Shown: one piece after another, positions 1 through 11,080 of the stretch | Layout of the letters: every line of letters starts with the position of its first letter | Position numbering within the stretch: the first letter of the stretch is position 1 | Source: Gordius albopunctatus | Lineage: Eukaryota | Assembly: GCA_964276515.1 (NCBI GenBank) | Contig: OZ193910.1 | Coordinates: forward strand, 4,278,001-4,342,000 | DNA length: 64,000 nt | Direction of reading: 5' to 3' | Program-made: the position numbers and the translations under genes | Notes under the pieces: model-generated | The model's input: only the letters and a program-made list of their open reading frames with translations | What the model was told of the DNA's origin: nothing | The model's database searches: none

Positions 1-962
1 CAATACTGACTCACAGAACAATTAAGGGTGGAAGGATAAGGTGTTTGTTGTCAAAACCTTCAAAAATTGTTGAAAATAAACTCTACTAACAAATGATCGC
101 CTTAAATCAGATTAAAAAATTACATGAAGTCAAAATAGACGACACAAAGTATTGCTTCATGATAATGTACAATTACACAGAGCGCAACTGGTAAAGAAGC
201 GATTGAACGTTTGGCTCGACTAACTCACCACACTTGGCTCCGTCCAAATACTGTTTACACCACAAAACATGCACTTTTTAATTAATTTAAAAAAAAAATT
301 GACAGAGAAATCAATTTTTTGGATATTTTTGTCTAGGCAGCGATGTGCTCTATTTCGAACAAAATGTTTTAATCTTTTAATCATATATATGAAATAAACC
401 TAAATATACTATGCAAGCCGGGTTTTATATTTATATACTTCTAATCCTTTAACATTGCTTTCGCTACTTCTGCATAATATTCAAAAATAAAAAATTTAAT
501 ACCTAAATAAAGCAATATTAATGTGGCTAATAATTGCTATGTATTCAACTTGCATATAAAAAGGCCTATTTTCTGGATAAATATAAAGTCTTCTCTATTA
601 AAGTAAAGGTTAAGTCCTAATAGCTTTAGAGTTTCCTTCCCGAAAATCAAAAGGGTTGATGGGGCTTTGAGGGTGGGGGGACCTAAGTCGTCCTATCTGA
701 ATTTATTTTTTAATAAAAAAATTTAAAAAATCCTAAGCCATTATGTAATTTACATAAATTGTTATCGTGTGAAAATTCGCCCCAAATATCCTTTTTTAGA
801 TACCTATGTTCAAGCGCTATAAAATTTCAATATGTTTATTACCTATTTTTTCTAAAAAAAATTTGCACGGTTCTTCTAATTTTTATATTTGAAATTTTTT
901 CCAATTACACTGTAATCTTTTCTCCCCGCGGACGTATATATTGATATTCATTCATCTAAGCG

Positions 963-980
963 GCTTCTTCCTTGGACAAC
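963..980 (+). promoter_or_regulatory. Pyrimidine tract (TCT/5'TOP-like start region) of RPS11
   Basis: cttcttcctt (964-973) lies just upstream of the RPS11 ATG at 981, as is typical of ribosomal protein gene starts. The TSS itself is not observable. Confidence 0.55.
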
Positions 981-2864
981 ATGGCTGATCAAGTAATATA
1001 TTTATACATCTTGCAAATATATTAAGATAATGCTGCCAGCCCCTAATAAAAATTATATTCAAGAAGTTTATTACTCATTTTCTACTAAAAAAGATAAGAA
1101 ACTTAAGTTGGCTCGTAATTTGGATCACAACACTAATTTCTATATTTCCCCTAGTTTTGATAAATTTCTTTTTGAAGATGCCTTTGATATTGTTCATAAA
1201 TTATCGGAGACTTCTTATAGTGTTGTTTACGAAGTATTGGAAAAAAGCACAGGATTGTTATATGCCCTAAAAATTTCGCATCATTTGCATTTACTAAATG
1301 AGATGCCTTATAAATGCCTGCCTAAACATTATAATTGTGTTACACATTACAAATCATGGTCAGAAAATGGGTTTTATTTTATATTAATGGAATTGTGTGA
1401 AAGAAGCCTTTTATATTATGATAGAAACTTGATAATGTTGAGGCACTTGAAGAAATATGTAATTGACATCATCAAAGGTCTTAATATGGTGCATAATCAC
1501 AGTATATTACATCTTGACATTAAGCCAGAAAATTTATTATTGAAGGACAATATGTGTAAAATAGCAGATTTTGGTATATCCACCCATATAAGTTCAAAGC
1601 ACATAGATGATGATTATGAAATACTGCAAGAAGGAGATAATAAATATATGGCACCAGAATTATTAAATGGAATCTACACACCTGCAGCAGATATTTTTAG
1701 TCTTGGTCTTACTATTTTAGAGATTTCCACAAATTTAGATCTGCCAAATTTTGGTGAATGTTGGCAAAATTTACGTTCTAACTTGCTTCCTAATCAAATT
1801 CTAAAAAATTCAGGTTATCCTGAATATTTTTTTGACCCTATAAGATGGATGGTTCATCCTAACCATAGGTTAAGACCTAGTGCTGCTGATCTTTTGTTTT
1901 CTCTTGATACCTGGATAAAACATGAAAATGAAGGATATTGGAACCTTTTAAAATACAAATTTTATGAAGTCAAACACAAAACAAAGCATTTACATAAAAT
2001 ATTGTCGTCCTTTTTTAAATCTAAGCTTTCTAGTCTATTTCCTAATAAATTATACCAACCAATTGTATCACCCAAAAATCAAATTTTAAATAAATGTTAT
2101 TCACAACCAGTTAAAAAATATAACTTGAGTAATGTTAAAAAAGCTATAAAATTTGAATCACCTGATAGTTATAATGATCTTTCAATCTGTAAAAGTTTAA
2201 TTGATGAATTTGAAATTGCATCCACAATATGATATATTTTTAATTGTATTTTTATGTAGCTTTTTTAAATAAAATTATATCATGTTGGTTATGTTTATTT
2301 GTATATATCCATAATTTTAGACCGAAAGAGCTTTTCAAAAGCAACCTGCCATCTTTCAGAATCATAAGGCTGCAATTAAAAGGAATAAAAAAAGCTTGAG
2401 GTATTATAAAAATATAGGGCTTGGATTTAAAACCCCTCGAGAGGTAACTGAACTCAAACATTATATGATTAATTAATCTTATTTAAAGGCAATTGATGGT
2501 ACCTACATTGATAAAAAATGCCCATTTACTGGCAATGTTCATATACGTGGTAGAATTTTAACTGGCATTGTATTAAAGACAAAAATGCAAAGGACTATTG
2601 TAGTCAGGAGGAATTATTTACACTACATACGTAAATACAACAGATTTGAAAAACGGCACAAAAACATTTCAGTCCACTTGTCACCTTGCTTTAGGTATGA
2701 TTTTTTTTATATATATAACTTAAACAACACTTTTTAGGGATGTGGCAGTTGGTGATTTAGTTACAATTGGGGAATGTAGACCATTAAGCAAAACTGTGCG
2801 TTTCAATGTTCTAAAAGTTACCAAATCAGCTGGTGCCAGGAAGAAAAGATTTCAGAAATTTTAA
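981..2864 (+). CDS. RPS11: 40S ribosomal protein S11 (uS17); exons 981-992, 2321-2443, 2489-2694, 2738-2864
   Basis: Spliced translation [20 protein letters not shown]...[40 protein letters not shown]...[65 protein letters not shown]...FQKF*. All introns are GT-AG (1328, 45 and 43 nt). AATAAA at 2883-2888. Confidence 0.97.
1030..2232 (+). CDS. PKMYT1: Myt1/Wee1-family CDK-inhibitory kinase (PKMYT1-like), uninterrupted ORF nested in RPS11 intron 1
   Basis: 400-aa ORF with [18 protein letters not shown], the Wee1/Myt1 signature [12 protein letters not shown], and the Myt1-like [35 protein letters not shown] at 2268-2273. Confidence 0.88.
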   Translation: MLPAPNKNYIQEVYYSFSTKKDKKLKLARNLDHNTNFYISPSFDKFLFEDAFDIVHKLSETSYSVVYEVLEKSTGLLYALKISHHLHLLNEMPYKCLPKHYNCVTHYKSWSENGFYFILMELCERSLLYYDRNLIMLRHLKKYVIDIIKGLNMVHNHSILHLDIKPENLLLKDNMCKIADFGISTHISSKHIDDDYEILQEGDNKYMAPELLNGIYTPAADIFSLGLTILEISTNLDLPNFGECWQNLRSNLLPNQILKNSGYPEYFFDPIRWMVHPNHRLRPSAADLLFSLDTWIKHENEGYWNLLKYKFYEVKHKTKHLHKILSSFFKSKLSSLFPNKLYQPIVSPKNQILNKCYSQPVKKYNLSNVKKAIKFESPDSYNDLSICKSLIDEFEIASTI

Positions 2865-3240
2865 ATTTTGTCATGATTGATTAATAAATTTGAAAATCAT
2901 GTAGCTTGTCATGATCTTGTTTGATATATGTATATAGATAAGAGCATTTGCCTTAAACCTTATATTCTACTCATTAAAAATATACTTTAAATGCTCTACA
3001 TTTTTTGTTTAAATTAGGATTTAAAACAAGTTTTTTAGATTAAAGAGGAATTATAAATTTAGTGATATTTTAGTTAACTTATTCATTGACCTACCTAATT
3101 GACTAGATATAAGACCTCTCATAAATATTCGTTAAATGACTTACCATATATATTAAATAGAAGTGGATTAATAATAATTTATAAATGTTAATCTAGGGTT
3201 TTTTAAAATTTTAATCCAACTAATAGGTTAAATAATTTTA

Positions 3241-3619
3241 ATTTTTCCTATGTCCTTTGTGGTCAGCACTCAGTCCCTTTAATTATCTTCTCCATATATT
3301 CCTTTTCTTACACCAGCTGCTTCACTTTAGCTCATACCTTTTCAAGTCCATATCTTTTCTATGTTTTAATGTCTGCTTAGGCTTCCCTCTCTTTTGCTTA
3401 CCTTTGCACCTTCTTGATATGCTCGCTCCAAACGGCCATACCATGTCATTATTCTTGCAACCAACTTTCTCGGAATTGACTACATTTAGTTTATCCTATC
3501 TCTTGATTCCTTATATAGCCCTTTTTCCTTATTCCCAAGATCCATCTTAACATTTGCATCTCCATTGTATACAAGCTTTGCTTTTCCTTTGCCTTGATCG
3601 CCCATGTTTTGATCCATAG
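3241..3619 (-). mobile_element. RTE-clade LINE 3' fragment
   Basis: Minus-strand translation YGSKTWAIKAKEKQSLYTMEMQMLRWILGI...WYGRLER is homologous to the 3' end of the LINE at about 10660-11200. Confidence 0.8.
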
Positions 3620-4617
3620 CAGAGGTCAGATTTGTTTGGAATTTTATGCCCGAACCTGGCCTGGTTCAATTTTTTAATCTCATTGCCCGCCCAAACCCTT
3701 CTAGGTGTTCACCCGGGCCCGCCCGAAACATTAGAGCTGCCCGAAATGCCGGGATCTCAAATTCTTTCAACCACTATTAAAAAATAAGCATTAAATTAAT
3801 CGCATCATATTGAATAAAACAAATATAGCAATATTTTTTTCCAGGTCAAAATCTAACTATATTATTTAACAGTCGAATGATTTTTCCAAATAAAACTTAA
3901 GATCTTTGATTTCAATCCTAATGGGTCAAAAGAATGTAGGATTTGGTCTTTCTAAAATATTTAGCCAGAATTTTTTTAAAATATTGTTATCACTGGCAAA
4001 ACCGCTCTAGGTCACAATATTTTAATATATTAATTGCTAATCTATTTAGGTACAAACATGTTTCACGTTTACAAATTATATAACAGCAAAATATTAATTA
4101 AATGCAGCTGATGTCCTTGAAAATATTTATATAGCAATTTTTTAATCAAGTTTAAAGTATACATATTTTATAAATAATCCTACAATAAACAAAATTATAC
4201 TGCCCTTTAGGGTTAACCCATTTAAGTCCCTACCCTATGAATAAACTTCTCAATGAATAATTGTCAATTAGTCAATCTGTGCTCTTAGAATTTGAACTTA
4301 CTTTTGTGATTAAAAACAATTTGAATGTAGCTAAAGCTAGGGATAGGTACTTGATGGAAATAGAGTGGTTCGGGCAAAAATTATAGAAATAACTTGAAGA
4401 CAGATAGAGAAATCATGTTTCTTAACTCTTTTAGCATTTTTATATACAATCAAATAAAAAAGTAACAAAATAATACATTATCTAAAAAATGTTATTAAGC
4501 CCAAATTGCCCGAATCCTATCATCGTGCCCGCCCGAAAATAAAAATTTAGGGCAGCTGCCCGGCTCACGGACCGGGCCGGGCATGTTCGGCCATTCGGCC
4601 GGGAAATCTGGTCTCTG
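3620..4617 (-). mobile_element. Non-autonomous hAT element
   Basis: Imperfect TIRs CAGAGGTCAGATTT / AAATCTGGTCTCTG, 8-bp TSD atccatag/ctccatag (7/8), and subterminal gcccg repeats. Same family as 16269-17641, in the opposite orientation. Confidence 0.85.
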
Positions 4618-4626
4618 CTCCATAGA

Positions 4627-6316
4627 TAGTGATGCGGAAAAACCGAGACGAGACAAGATTTTATAGTCGAGATCTTGGCTTTTTATTTTTAACTATTGAG
4701 ACTTAATTTAGCTAATTAAAATTTTTATTTTATTACATTTAGAATATTAAATGCAAATTAATATGAATTTGAAACTTTTGATACTAAAATTATCCGCTTC
4801 GTGCGAATTTCAAATTTGTAATATAATTTTATTCAATAGACAACACGTGGCCCTTAGAGTATATGAAAAATTAATTATGTATTTATTACTTATTTGTATA
4901 TCATTATTATATAATATAAAAATTTCAGACCTATAATGAATTATGCGCAACAAGTTCATCATCCAACTCAAAAATTTCACAAAATCCAAGGATGAATCAA
5001 ATAAAATGCGGAAGTGTAAATTGTGCTTTAAAGTAGTATGACTGATAGCAATACTTCAGGTCTTCAACGACATCTTAAACGTTTCCATCACGAGGATTAC
5101 TAAAAATTTTACCCTACTCAAGTTAATAAGGAATGAAACTACCCAAAAACTTTTTCCCGCGAACTTAGATGCTTTAGAAATTTTAAGCATTTAACAGCTA
5201 TTATATATCAAACATATTCTTTAAAAATGACTAAATAATTGTATATATATTATATAATTAGTTGATTAAAAATATAATTATCCCAATTTAGCAGTAATGA
5301 CTGGAGATTTTTGAGCACTCCGGCGACCTCGGTGCCTGCCGAAAGATTGTTTTCGAAGGCGTCTCTGACTATTCGAAAGCATCGTAAAATATTAACTCCT
5401 GAATCAGTAAGGAGCTTGCTATGACTAAACTCATGGCACACCTCAACAATTCTCAACCTAACACATTCATTACATTTTACGTCAAAATGTAGGCTTGACA
5501 GATGCATTAAAATCAGCTGATTTTTTTCCAAAATGCTGCAATTTATCAATAAATTAAAATAAATGAACATAAGCTTTATTAGTACGTAATTATTTTATGC
5601 GAAAATTAGTAATAAATGGATTAAGTTAATACTTTGTTATTATATAAAGGGATGTCACACTATAATAGAATTGTTTAAATTCATATTTAACAACTTTGAT
5701 TAAATTATATATGTGCATTTAACGTAAGGTCCTAAAACTTTTATGTTCTTCCAACAATAATGCCTATTTTATTATATTTGCAATGTTCAGATAATTACTT
5801 GTTTTAAATAATGATAATATTTTTAAAAGTTTACCCTCTCATTTTCGTCATTATTTCAAAGCATTATATAAGATTTCGATCCATTCATTATGTTAAAATA
5901 TGATGATATTATTAAACTTTATCCTTTTATTGAGCCTGAGCCAGGAAATAAAACATATATTAATGCTTCCTACCTTAAGTTACTCACCTAGCTTGTGTTT
6001 TGGGGTTTGAGAAAAAAAGTGGTTCCATTATGACCGATTTATATCTTTCTTTTTTTCGAATCTCCTATTTTTTTAAATTAAATGAAACTATAAAAATCAT
6101 ATGCGAGGTAAACATTCGAAAATTGCGATAGCGTTGAAATGACAAATAATGATTCCGATTTTCTGTTTAATGAAAAAGTTTCCCTATCTTACATACTAAT
6201 TTATAAGAGCTAGAAAAAAAATATATTTGTTATAATTATTTTTAAAAGTCGAGACGAGATCGAGATTTTAATGATCGCACCCGAGATGAGATTTTGCTTT
6301 CGAGACCAAAATACTA
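4627..6316 (+). mobile_element. Internally deleted hAT transposon (BED finger and hATC remnants)
   Basis: About 5005-5095 encodes KCKLCFK...NTSGLQRHLKRFH (BED zinc finger). About 5275-5435 encodes YPNLAVMTGDFLSTPATSVPAERLFSKA (hAT dimerisation domain). cgagacgag subterminal repeats at both ends. No TSD found, so the ends are approximate. Confidence 0.75.
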
Positions 6317-7020
6317 CAAGCGTCCCTACCAACAAAGAGGACTAGGAATTCGTCCCCCAGGCAGCATATCGCTAGCCGCTTTTATATTACCCCCTTTTAA
6401 ATCGGTCGAAAATTGGATTTTTAAACTCACAACACATGACTCCGACTTTATGCTAACTCAAGCCTTGGAGCTTTAGAATTTAAATGTCACGCCCGAGACC
6501 ATTCAACCTCTAAGTACGAGACAGAAATATTGGGATTCTAAATTAGTATCGCGCTCCGCTGATTACCTTTTATTGAGTAGAGATGATAGCCAGCATTAAA
6601 AACTTAAGTCCCTCGCCTTTGATGGTTGCGTCACGAGTGGCTTAAAGCTTGTCCCAGCAAACTTCTGGGAATTCTGCTTGACGACTTTGAGCTTACATAT
6701 TACATATCTTTAAGGTTGGGAATCAGTTACACCAAAGAGTTCTCTTGTCGGAATTGTCTTTTCATAGAAGACGAATATGCCAGGCACCTTCTACACTGCC
6801 TTGCAGACAAATTCAAATATGCCAGGCACAATAAATTAAATTAAAGCTACCGTTAAAAAGGCTAAAATTCCCTCAATCCTTGAGCCAATCCATCTCTGGA
6901 AGGTTCCGCCCTGACGGCTCTTCTCTAGTTCCCTGGCAAAATGGCCTATCTCTCAAATGGGATTTTACTAAAATTGACTTATTCGCGTCCTTTTTACTTA
7001 GGCAACAACTAGGGATTCTT
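6317..7020 (+). mobile_element. Decayed non-LTR retrotransposon fragment with restriction-like endonuclease (CRE-like)
   Basis: RGLGIR..SLAAF; WLKACPSK.LG..L...ISLRLG; C-C-H-C knuckle (CRNC..HLLHC); ARHN; then IPSILEP and RPDGSSLVPWQNGLSLKWDFT. Contains stops and frameshifts. Confidence 0.7.
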
Positions 7021-9409
7021 GTTGTGCGATACAAGTTTAAACTTTGCTGACTCTTAACCTATTTTAGAGGACATTGTAGTGGTGGTGGAGCTTGTGTACT
7101 CTCGTGATCCAAGAAGCTATACCTTTGGTAGTCAAACACAATTTTTATGTTTGTTACTGGTGGGGTCACCCTATTGGCAAGGTTCTTGGTGAAGGGTCAG
7201 ACTAAAATTTCTGGGCTTTTTGAGGGAGTACTTAGTGAAAGATAAGTTTAATTCACCAAAATGACTGCATCATAAAGAATAGTAGGTAGTCAAACGCCAA
7301 AATCTAACATAGTTCCGTTAGGCTTGGAAGGCCGGGATATCAATACTCCCTCATTCCATATAAACCAAAATGTATACTACAACAAAGACGCAGAATGAAA
7401 ACCACAGGGCGTCCCCCTTAAACGACGCGCGCATTCTTCGCCTGGAATGTGTGAGAAATAAACGAAGGCTACCGCTCTCTCAACAAACGGAAGCGGTTAA
7501 AGACATTAGTTTGCGTAGGATAAGGTTTGGGTCATGGAATATTGGTACAATGACTAGCAAGAGCAGAGAATTGGCAGACGTTCTAAGGAGGAGAAAAATC
7601 GATATCGCGTGTATACAAGAGACCAAATGGAAGGGCCAAAAAGCAAAATACATAGGGGACGGATACAAATTATATTTTTACGGTACAGAAACTCACCGGA
7701 ATGGCGTCGGTATAGTGCTATCGGAATAATTTCAGCAAACTGTCGTCGACGTTAAAAGAATCAATGATAGAATTATGGCGATATAGCTTTGTTATAAATC
7801 TACTACAATAAACGTTATATCAGCATACGCTCCTCAAAGTGGATGCTCTGAGACGGAAAAAGAGTGTTTTTGGAAGGAGATTAAAGATGTTCTACGCCAA
7901 TTCGGTAAAGAGGGGCTAATAATTATCGGAGCGGACCTCAATGGACACGTGGGCAAATCAAGGGGAGGATTTGAAATAAATCACGGTGGTCGGGGTTACG
8001 GCCTAAGAAATGAAGGAGGTACGGAAATTCTAGAAATTGCTCAAGCTTTTGACCAAGCAATAGGAAATACCTTCTTCAAAAAGAGACAACAGAAACATCT
8101 TATAACGTACAAAAGCGGCAGCCGTACCACTCAGATAGATTTCTTTCTAGTTAACAGAGCGCACTTAAAGATGTTCAAAATGTTAAGGTAATACCGAGTG
8201 AAATATTGGCCTGCCAACACAAGCTGTTGGTGATGGACTTTATATTAAAGGGTCTTAAAGGGCAAAAGGTACAAAGAGTAGCCGCTACTATACAATGGAA
8301 GAAACTAAAAGATAATATTCAACATTTTCAGGAACAAGTAATTAAACATGCTGAATTTAAGGAAAATACTTCATGTGAGGATCAATGGAATGGTATAGCT
8401 GCCACAATGCGAAAAGCGCGACGACAAATACTAGGTGAAAGCAAGCCCAATAAAAGAATTCTCAGAAGTGCAAAAATGTATCAAGGAAAAGAAGAGATTG
8501 TACAGTGTGGTATAAAAGCAATGATAGTAATGATAAGCAAACTTACCAAGTTGCTAAAAGATCGGCTTAAAAATTCGTAGCCAAAGCTAAAAACAAGGTG
8601 TACGACGATATAAATGTAAAACTCAACTCAAAGGAAGAAGAAAGATTGATCTACAAAATCGCAAAGTCAAGGGCCCGAAATTCTAAAGATTACCTAGAAT
8701 GCCGGCTAATCAAGGGTCAAAAGGGAGAAATACTAACACACGACAGCCATATACTACAAAGATGGTACGACTATTATAGCGATTTATCAATTGAAAAGGG
8801 GCCTGTAGTCGAAGACACTAACCAGGAAAATACAATAGGAGAATTAAACACAGCGGACTGGATCACAGAAACGGAAGTCAAAGTTGCTATGGGTAGACTA
8901 AAGTCAGGAAAAGCTCTTGGACCCGACAATATACCAATAGATGGCTTCAAAGCGTTAGGCAATACTGGTGCACAATTCCTCGCTTACCTTTTCAATAATA
9001 TCTTGAAAACGGGTAAAATGCCTAACGAGTGGAGGGATAGCTACATCATCCCAATATACAAGATGAAAGGGGACATTCAGGATTGGATAAAGCTTATGAG
9101 TCACACTTTCAAGTTGTGGGAAAAAGTGATCGAAAAACGGCTTCGGAGTTTGGTTCAAATTCGAGATAACCAATTCGGATTTATGCCTGAGAGGTGTACA
9201 ACAGACGCCCTAAACAGTGTTAGAAGATTAATGGAACGGTTTAAAGAAAGGGAAGAGGATTTGCACATGTGGTTCATCTATCTAGAAAAAGCGTTCAATA
9301 AAGTTCCTCGTAATTTAGTTTGGAAATGTCTTGAAGAAAACAATGTGCCAGAAGTATACGTCAGAGCAATAAAAGATATGTACAAGGGAAATAGAACGTA
9401 CGTTAGAAC

Positions 9410-10172
9410 TGTCAAATCTTCGTAACAATTGAGGGGATTTATATCTCGGAAATGTAACGTGCTAGGGGTAGACGGGGAAACTTTTATGTCCTCTAAAATT
9501 TAGCGAGAGGAGTGCTGTGGGCCAACTAGGGGTTTTATCCTTTATTATCTTTTGCACCTTTATTCCCTTTTTCTGAAATCCTCAAACTACTTTGTTCAAT
9601 TCAATTTTTGTTTATTACAATATCACTCCAGGATTCACTACATAATAATGATAGGTATATTTAACTACGTAATGACGAAATAATTGTGGGAACAACAATT
9701 AGGGTACGGGGATATAATCAGTACTTTGGAAACAGGGGAAATTTTGGTTTTCTAATCGCGTAATTCAGATTCTCTTTTGTATTGATTTTCGTATGGCTTA
9801 TATAGGTCTTATTTTTCTGGCTTGTATCTCTATCCTTGAAACTTCTTTTCTTTTCGACCCATTTTACCGCGCCAACTTTTGATGAATGGCCCTTCACTTC
9901 CAAGGATCTTGGAATTTTCGGCTGACAGTTCTAGTTTTCCCCCTACGTTTCTTGGGCCAATTCTTTATTTATAACCTGGTTTTGCTGTATCCTTGCTTTT
10001 CTCCGCTACTTCCCTCGAGCCATGTTTTGCTGTATCCTTGCTCTATTTCTCTACCAACCCAATCTTCGATAATCTTCCTCCGTCCTTAGCCCGCCTTTCC
10101 TCTTATCACGTGCGCCTCCCTAATAAGGACTGGTTCCCTTTTTGGGAGCGAGGGTCGCATGTATACATGACA
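9410..10172. mobile_element. Solo LTR inserted into the LINE RT
   Basis: Termini TGTCA...TGACA with a perfect 5-bp TSD agaac (9405-9409 and 10173-10177). The RT frame YVRT|SVGITKGF resumes after it. Confidence 0.85.
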
Positions 10173-10944
10173 AGAACATCGGTGGGGATTACAAAGGGCT
10201 TTGCCATTAACACTGGAGTCCATCAAGGTTCAGCTCTTAGTCCCTTCCTATTCATAGTGATAATGGATAATATTACCAAGGATTTGGGCGAGGAAGCTCC
10301 TTGGGCAATAATCTTTGCAGGCGATATAATCCTCTGGGCCAAAAGTTAAAAAGAATCGGCAATACTGTAAATAGATGGGTAAATGCAATAGAAGAAAGTG
10401 GTCTCAAGGTAAATCGAAAGAAAACAGAATATATGAAGAGAAAGTTTAAATCGAATGACAACTTACAAGCGTGGACTCCTTCAAATATTTAGGATCAACA
10501 CTTCAATCGGATGGTGGAATGGATAAAGAAATCCAAGCAAGGATAAATTTAGGATGGCTCAAGTGGAGGGACTTGACAGGTGTTATGTGTGACAAAAACA
10601 TCCTAAGAAGTCTAAAAGGCGCACTGTATAACTCCATCATACAGCCAACAGTCCTGTATAGCTCGGAATCATGGGCTATACGTAAAAGAGAAGAGCAACG
10701 TCTTGCGGCCATGGAGATGAGAATGCTAAGATGGGTGCTAGGAGTAAGCAAAAACGGACATATGCGAAATGAAGAAATAAGAAGAATTGTGGGTACTACA
10801 TCAATTGTGACAAAGCTCCTAACAAATAGACTAAGATAGTATGGCCATGTAGAAAGAAGGGACGATAGCTACGTAGGAAAGAAAATCGAGATGATAAGTT
10901 TCGCAGGAAAACGAAGGAGAGGAAGACCCAAGCTTACCTGGATT

Positions 10945-11080
10945 TAGTGATGATCAAAACCTAGGTTTGTACCAAACCTAAGGTTTGGGTTAAGGTTGGA
11001 AAAACACCTTTAAGGTCTTTTTCCAACCTTAACCCAAAACCCACCTCGGGAAAACCCAACCTAGGTTTTGATCACCACTA
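10945..11080. mobile_element. 136-bp palindromic hAT-type MITE
   Basis: TIRs tagtgatgatcaaaacctagg / cctaggttttgatcaccacta, internal hairpin, and a perfect 8-bp TSD cctggatt (10937-10944 and 11081-11088). Confidence 0.92.

Noticed and set aside
2252..2461. Minus-strand 69-aa ORF
   Set aside because: Antisense shadow of RPS11 exon 2.
2444..2737. Possible intronic snoRNAs, common in ribosomal protein genes
   Set aside because: Introns 2 and 3 are only 45 and 43 nt, and intron 1 is occupied by the kinase ORF. No box C/D or H/ACA structure was recognised.
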